A stretch of DNA of 38,217 nucleotides from a virus. Taxonomy: Duplodnaviria > Caudoviricetes. The position numbers and the translations under genes are program-made. The DNA lies in the IMG/VR virus record IMGVR_UViG_3300043103_000226, positions 1-38,217 of that record. The stretch is one strand, 5' to 3'. Of the stretch, positions 35,969 to 38,217 are shown in pieces (position 1 is the stretch's first letter; each line of letters begins with the position of its first letter). Below the pieces are notes generated by a model. That model saw nothing but the letters and a program-made list of their open reading frames with translations. It was not told the origin of the DNA and made no database searches.

Positions 35969-36978
35969 TGGAAGCTCGCAGAAAACCGCTGAAATACAGG
36001 CTGCCGCCGAAAGGGGTGCTGAAGGTGGAGTCACTCAATGACTTCGTAAAATTCATGGGCCGCGCGCTCAATTTTAATGTGAACTTTGACTCAGCCACCT
36101 CACAGGTCCGCGCTGATGGCAGCACTTACGTCACCGGCGCAGGTGGTGAAGGTGGCCCTGGCCCAAAGGGACCCGACGGGCCAAGCGGTCCAACCGGGCC
36201 ACCGGGCTCAGCCGGTAGTAATGGCATGCCCGGAGCCCCCGGCGGCAATGGGGCCAGCCCAGTGGCCCCCATCGGCCCAGACGGTGATCCCGGTGAGATG
36301 GGAGATCAGGGTTCCAAAGGGCCCGCAGAAACTGAACCTGGGCCCAAAGGCCCCAAGGGAGATCCCGGCCCGCCTGGTGATGACCTAGCGGGACCAGCCG
36401 GACCACCCGGAGAAATAGGTGAGCCTAACATTGATCCTGGTCCTGACGGGCCTCCGGGCCCGCCCGGCCCACCCGGCACACCTGCCTTTGAACCCGGCAG
36501 TCCGGGACCTCCTGGAGATCCGGGCGGCCCCGGCTTTACCTTTCCCGGTTTGCCCGGCGATGAAGGCCCGCCTGGTGCTAAAGGTGAGCCGGGGAATAAA
36601 TACGCCATCGTCACGATCCCTGATGGCCGCCATGTGGGCCTGCATGCCACAGAGGCCTCGCGGCCGTGGTTCATGGATGAAATCACGTTTAAGATCCCGC
36701 CGCTGCTGGCCTACATCGATCTGCCCATCGATGCGCTTTTATTAGGCAGTATTGAGCCAGCGAGCCTCTGCGTCATTCAGACCAGCACGCCTGCCATCGG
36801 TGCCCAGATCATGGGAGATCGGGTCCGCATCACCGCGAGTCCTTTCCGCCTTTCCAGCATCACCGGCGTGGTCACGCTGGCAGGCATCCGCGCCGGATTT
36901 TCAGACTGGCATTTCAAAAGCTTCACGGCTGAGCAAATGACCCGAAACAACGCCTTTTATTCCGCCGCTTATGGTTAG
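35968..36978 (+). CDS. collagen-like protein B (336 aa)
   Basis: ~44 Gly-X-Y triplets; TGATG overlap with A. Confidence 0.9.
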   Translation: MEARRKPLKYRLPPKGVLKVESLNDFVKFMGRALNFNVNFDSATSQVRADGSTYVTGAGGEGGPGPKGPDGPSGPTGPPGSAGSNGMPGAPGGNGASPVAPIGPDGDPGEMGDQGSKGPAETEPGPKGPKGDPGPPGDDLAGPAGPPGEIGEPNIDPGPDGPPGPPGPPGTPAFEPGSPGPPGDPGGPGFTFPGLPGDEGPPGAKGEPGNKYAIVTIPDGRHVGLHATEASRPWFMDEITFKIPPLLAYIDLPIDALLLGSIEPASLCVIQTSTPAIGAQIMGDRVRITASPFRLSSITGVVTLAGIRAGFSDWHFKSFTAEQMTRNNAFYSAAYG

Positions 36979-37966
36979 CCAAAAAACAACGTATCGATTC
37001 AAACGCAGCAAGGGCTTTGCTTATGTTTCAGATTTTCGGGAGTTCGTGAGCTTTGTGCTCGCACGACTGCAGCAGTCCATCGCGAACCCAAACATCATCA
37101 AAATCTCAGAGTTGCCTGATGGCTTTCAGGTCACGTTCGATGCCGAGACTGCCACCACCGGCCCTGAAGGACCTGCGGGACCAGAGGGGCCAACTGGCGG
37201 CGTAGGCCCTGCGGGAAGTCCAGGCACACCGGGAGCCCCCGGCACACCAGGCATCCCCGGCGCAGCCGGTGGCAGTCCTGGGCCCCCAGGAGATCCTGGA
37301 GATAAAGGCGATCCCGGAGATCCCGGTGACCCGGGCCCTTTCACGATTGGAAACAAAGGGGCCATCGGCCCACAGGGCCCAGCGCAGACCGTCGGTGGTC
37401 CTACTGGCCCGCCTGGCCCTGTGGGACCTCCGGCTGGTCCTAACACCATCGTCGGCCCTGATGGCCCTCCGGGCCCGCCCGGAAATCCCGGACCTGAAGC
37501 TGAGGTCGGGCCTAAGGGGCCACCCGGTTTGAATGGCTTCTCTAGTTTTGGTCCTGACGGTCCGCCCGGCCCGCCCGGCCCTGTCGGTCCTCCCGGCCCT
37601 AAGCTAGCCATCGTGAAGTCCTGTGATGAAATCGTCGGCCTGCATGTGCTAGAGGCACCTGAGTTTCGCTTCCTTGAAATCATGCCCTTCACTGACAGTG
37701 GCCGCCTGCCCATCGACCCGCGTTTCCTCGCCGTCTGTGAGCCTGACAGCCTCACCGTCATCGGCCTGGTCACAGCACGGCCGGCCGCCACGCGTGCCAT
37801 CCTGCACCATGACCGCGTGCAGGTCATCTGCCCGCGTGGTATGACAGGCACCGTAACTTTATCAGGCATCGCTAAAGGTCACGCATCACGGCGATTCCCT
37901 GAATTCACCGCAAACCAACAAAACCAAAACGCCGCCTTCTGGGCGTCGGCCCTCATCGCCTCATGA
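36971..37966 (+). CDS. collagen-like protein C (331 aa)
   Basis: ~44 Gly-X-Y triplets; 8-nt overlap with B. Confidence 0.9.
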   Translation: MVSQKTTYRFKRSKGFAYVSDFREFVSFVLARLQQSIANPNIIKISELPDGFQVTFDAETATTGPEGPAGPEGPTGGVGPAGSPGTPGAPGTPGIPGAAGGSPGPPGDPGDKGDPGDPGDPGPFTIGNKGAIGPQGPAQTVGGPTGPPGPVGPPAGPNTIVGPDGPPGPPGNPGPEAEVGPKGPPGLNGFSSFGPDGPPGPPGPVGPPGPKLAIVKSCDEIVGLHVLEAPEFRFLEIMPFTDSGRLPIDPRFLAVCEPDSLTVIGLVTARPAATRAILHHDRVQVICPRGMTGTVTLSGIAKGHASRRFPEFTANQQNQNAAFWASALIAS

Positions 37967-38217
37967 CTCGTAATCACTGGTATCACAGCCCAGCCTTTCT
38001 GACCCCGAAAGAATGCACCATGCTCATCAAGCATGCCGTAAAAAACTACCCGGCCAAGCCAGCCGTCGTCGGCCATGGCGGTCAAAGCCGAGTCGATGCC
38101 ACCCTGCGCCGCTCCACCGTGCGCTGGCTGCGCTACGATGATCTGGATCTCTTCTGGTTCTTCCGCCGCATCGAGGGCGAGATCCTCCGCGCCAATGCCA
38201 CCTTTGGCTACGAGCTC
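37963..38217 (+). CDS. 2OG-Fe(II) oxygenase (5' part; continues to 442)
   Basis: ATG 37963 overlaps the collagen C stop; [25 protein letters not shown]...[12 protein letters not shown] is in frame with ORF 29-442. Confidence 0.9.
   Translation, partial: MTRNHWYHSPAFLTPKECTMLIKHAVKNYPAKPAVVGHGGQSRVDATLRRSTVRWLRYDDLDLFWFFRRIEGEILRANATFGYEL
38091..38217. repeat. 127-bp terminal direct repeat (copy 2)
   Basis: identical to 1-127. Confidence 0.95.

Noticed and set aside
35431-37869. Antisense collagen-like ORFs (35431-35877, 36306-36686, 37126-37869)
   Set aside because: GGN/CCN codons of Gly-Pro repeats read as Pro/Gly on the opposite strand, so these are shadow ORFs

Overview
The window is an apparently complete, circularly permuted temperate tailed-phage genome. 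Bases 1-127 equal 38091-38217, so the unit length is 38,090 bp. Gene order from attP: attP (tRNA 3'-end core) and tyrosine integrase; a small HTH operon and a membrane moron; an immunity switch (repressor on the - strand); translationally coupled early genes (wHTH paralogs, Xis-like, two ParB-like); primase and helicase with an iteron-like origin; lambda-type terminase and portal; ClpP-scaffold and capsid; siphovirus tail (-1 frameshift chaperone, tape measure); three collagen-like genes and a 2OG-Fe(II) oxygenase that crosses the circular junction; tail fibre/LamG receptor-binding module; lysis cassette. A PVC-superphylum (Verrucomicrobia-like) host is inferred but not proven. Two systems stand out. 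(1) Three equal-length paralogous collagen chains with animal-like Y-position proline (~45% of triplets), in-register interruptions and complementary charge blocks are translationally coupled to a prolyl-hydroxylase-family enzyme, a candidate phage hydroxyproline ABC-heterotrimeric collagen fibre. (2) A late-gene signal TTGACA-N13-purine often lands on the start codon, suggesting a non-canonical promoter that makes leaderless mRNAs. All family assignments come from motif recognition by eye, not database searches.
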